A DNA stretch of 33,042 bases from positions 1 to 33,042 of the forward strand of contig JWZX01003272.1 in NCBI GenBank assembly GCA_001275005.1, read 5' to 3'. Origin of the DNA: Chrysochromulina tobinii. Lineage: Eukaryota. A program made the translations under genes and the position numbers. Position 1 is the stretch's first letter. Every line of letters starts with the position of its first letter. Positions 31,476 to 33,042 of the stretch are shown one piece after another. The notes beneath the pieces are model-generated. The model made no database searches. It was given only the letters and a program-made list of their open reading frames with translations, and had not been told where the DNA came from.

Positions 31476-32300
31476 TCACGTCCCGCGCGACAATCTCGCG
31501 CAACGGGCACCGCTCTTGATCGTGGACGGAATCGGAGAAGACACGCCGACCACCTCAACAGCCATCTCAACGTGACCTACGATTCCGGCCGTGATTCGAT
31601 CTCCCGGCACGAGGCTCCCCACACCCGAAGGTGTGCCAGTGACTATCAAATCTCCGGGCTCGAGCGTCATGATTCTCGAGATGAAGGCAATGAGCGAAGG
31701 TACCGAGTGGATCATCGCGCCCGCCTCGCACGCTTGCCGCCGCTGCCCGTTGACGTCCAGCCACATGCGCAGTGTACGCCAATCCTCTCCCGCCTCAAGC
31801 TCAAATGGGTCCGAGAGAGGCAGGAAGGTGTCGTACGACTTGCTCACCGTCCACGGCATCCCCTTGTCCTTAGCGGCCGTCTGCTCGTCGCGCTCGGTGA
31901 TATCGAGCGCGAGCATATACCCGGCGATGGCGCCCATCGCGTCTCCCTCCGAGACGTCCTTGACCGTCTTTCCAATGATGACGGCCAGCTCAAGCTCGTG
32001 GTGGATGCCATTTCTGACGGGAAACCTTGCTCCCGTACGCCGTGGCGGCAGCACAAGTTGCGTACCAGGGAACGCGTACGACGTGGTAGGCTTCAGGAAC
32101 AGTACCGGCTCCGGCTCCTCCTCCGCTTTCCAAGAGGGCCCGAGCTGAACCAACTCCGTGATGTGATCGCGATAGTTCTTTCCCACGCAGACCGCTTTTC
32201 TGCCCGCGCGCACCAAGCGCGAGAGCAGTTGGCGCCGGCGGTGATGGTAGAGCACAGCTGCTGCAACGATGGTGGCGCCCACGATAAGCGCGGCCTTCAT
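31476..32300 (-). CDS. FAHD1: Fumarylacetoacetate hydrolase domain protein (FAHD1-like acylpyruvase/oxaloacetate decarboxylase)
   Basis: KAVCVGKNYRDHITEL, PVLFLKP, HHELELAVIIGK, LALDITERD, GMPWTVSKSYDTFLP and TLEPGDLIVTGTPSGVG. First ATG at 32300 (MKAALIVG). Confidence 0.92.
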   Translation of the reverse strand: MKAALIVGATIVAAAVLYHHRRRQLLSRLVRAGRKAVCVGKNYRDHITELVQLGPSWKAEEEPEPVLFLKPTTSYAFPGTQLVLPPRRTGARFPVRNGIHHELELAVIIGKTVKDVSEGDAMGAIAGYMLALDITERDEQTAAKDKGMPWTVSKSYDTFLPLSDPFELEAGEDWRTLRMWLDVNGQRRQACEAGAMIHSVPSLIAFISRIMTLEPGDLIVTGTPSGVGSLVPGDRITAGIVGHVEMAVEVVGVSSPIPSTIKSGARCARLSRGT

Positions 32301-32509
32301 CTCACGCGCGAGGCACTTGTCGAGGCCGCCGGAGCATGGATGAGGGCAGCCTCCGCGTTGTGATGAGGCCGCGTTGCGTTTTGTCGCCGCAAAGACTGCG
32401 CTAAAGAGAGTTTCGGTGTTTGAAAATTTACCTGCTACTTTAGGGGGGGTCGTGGTACGCCGTGTCACGGCTTGGCATGTAATCTTTCGGCTCGACAGAG
32501 CGCCCGATC

Positions 32510-32951
32510 ATGCTCACCGTCGAGAGCCGCTGGACGCGCTCCATCCCGGTGCTGGTGCTAGCGGCGGTGCTCGCTGCGGTCGCGCTCTCGGCCCTTCCGA
32601 GCTGGGACGCGGGCTTCGGCTCTGGTCCGTTCACGGCAGGGATGACCATCACCGGGAAGGTGACAACGGAGCCGGTCGGAATCTACATGGGCCGAGACTT
32701 CTTCTCATGGACGGGCCGCTTTGACGTCTTCGACATGGCTACGGATAGGGTTGCATACACGGTCACCGGCAAGCTCATCTCGATTCGCAAGCGCGTCGTC
32801 ATCTCCGACGCGGCCACCGGCGTCCCCGTCGCGATCGTGCAGAAGTGCCTCTCTTGCCTGCAAAAGGTGTATGAGATCTACCGTTGGAAAGAGTCGTTCC
32901 CGGGGCAGTTGGCCACCGAGAAGGACGATTCCGACAAGCAGGCGCCGCTCT
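32510..32951 (+). CDS. LURP-one-related / Tubby C-terminal-like protein, first exon (3'-truncated by window end)
   Basis: Manual translation, absent from the ORF track: MLTVESRWTRSIPVLVLAAVLAAVALSA...FFSWTGRFDVFDMATDRVAYTVTGKLISIRKRVVISDAATGVPVAIVQKCLSCLQKVYEIYR, followed by donor gtgcgc at 32952. Confidence 0.7.
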
Positions 32952-32971
32952 GTGCGCGATCGATGCTCCAA

Positions 32972-32983
32972 CTCTCTCTCTCT

Positions 32984-33042
<59 letters not shown>
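32972..33042 (+). repeat. (CT)n microsatellite running off the window end
   Basis: Read directly. Confidence 0.98.

Noticed and set aside
31452..32363. 303-aa plus-strand ORF
   Set aside because: Antisense to the clearly conserved FAHD1-like gene, with no motif support.
1..33042. Operon, prokaryotic defence system or biosynthetic gene cluster
   Set aside because: Genes are spliced, on mixed strands and functionally unrelated; no pathway coherence beyond a loose signalling neighbourhood.

Overview
GC-rich, gene-dense eukaryotic nuclear DNA, most likely from a haptophyte alga (Chrysochromulina-like; inferred from intron repeat style and gene content, not proven). I reconstructed 14 protein-coding genes by hand: a partial CNBD-family K+ channel, a TPR protein, a 1562-aa multidomain Cys-less pentameric ligand-gated ion channel (pLGIC), an EF-hand PPP phosphatase, a UT-family urea transporter, a plastid-type SAM methyltransferase, a TPR+Aha1-N co-chaperone, an O-fucosyltransferase-like glycosyltransferase, an NF-YC-like histone-fold protein, an SGNH hydrolase, a tandem cNMP-binding protein, an MBD4-like glycosylase, an FAHD1-like enzyme and a partial LURP-one-like gene. 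Two signals stand out. (1) The pLGIC has adhesion-like N-terminal modules and an apparent fifth TM helix that would place EF-hand, SAM-like and SH3/Tudor-like modules in the cytosol. (2) Many introns share one design: flanking copies of adjacent exon sequence, strand-oriented 10-14-nt TGATTGC-core tandem arrays and a shared acceptor cassette, with some built as tandem AG|GT mini-introns. No rRNA, tRNA, CRISPR array or transposase was seen. All exon structures are manual predictions without transcript support.
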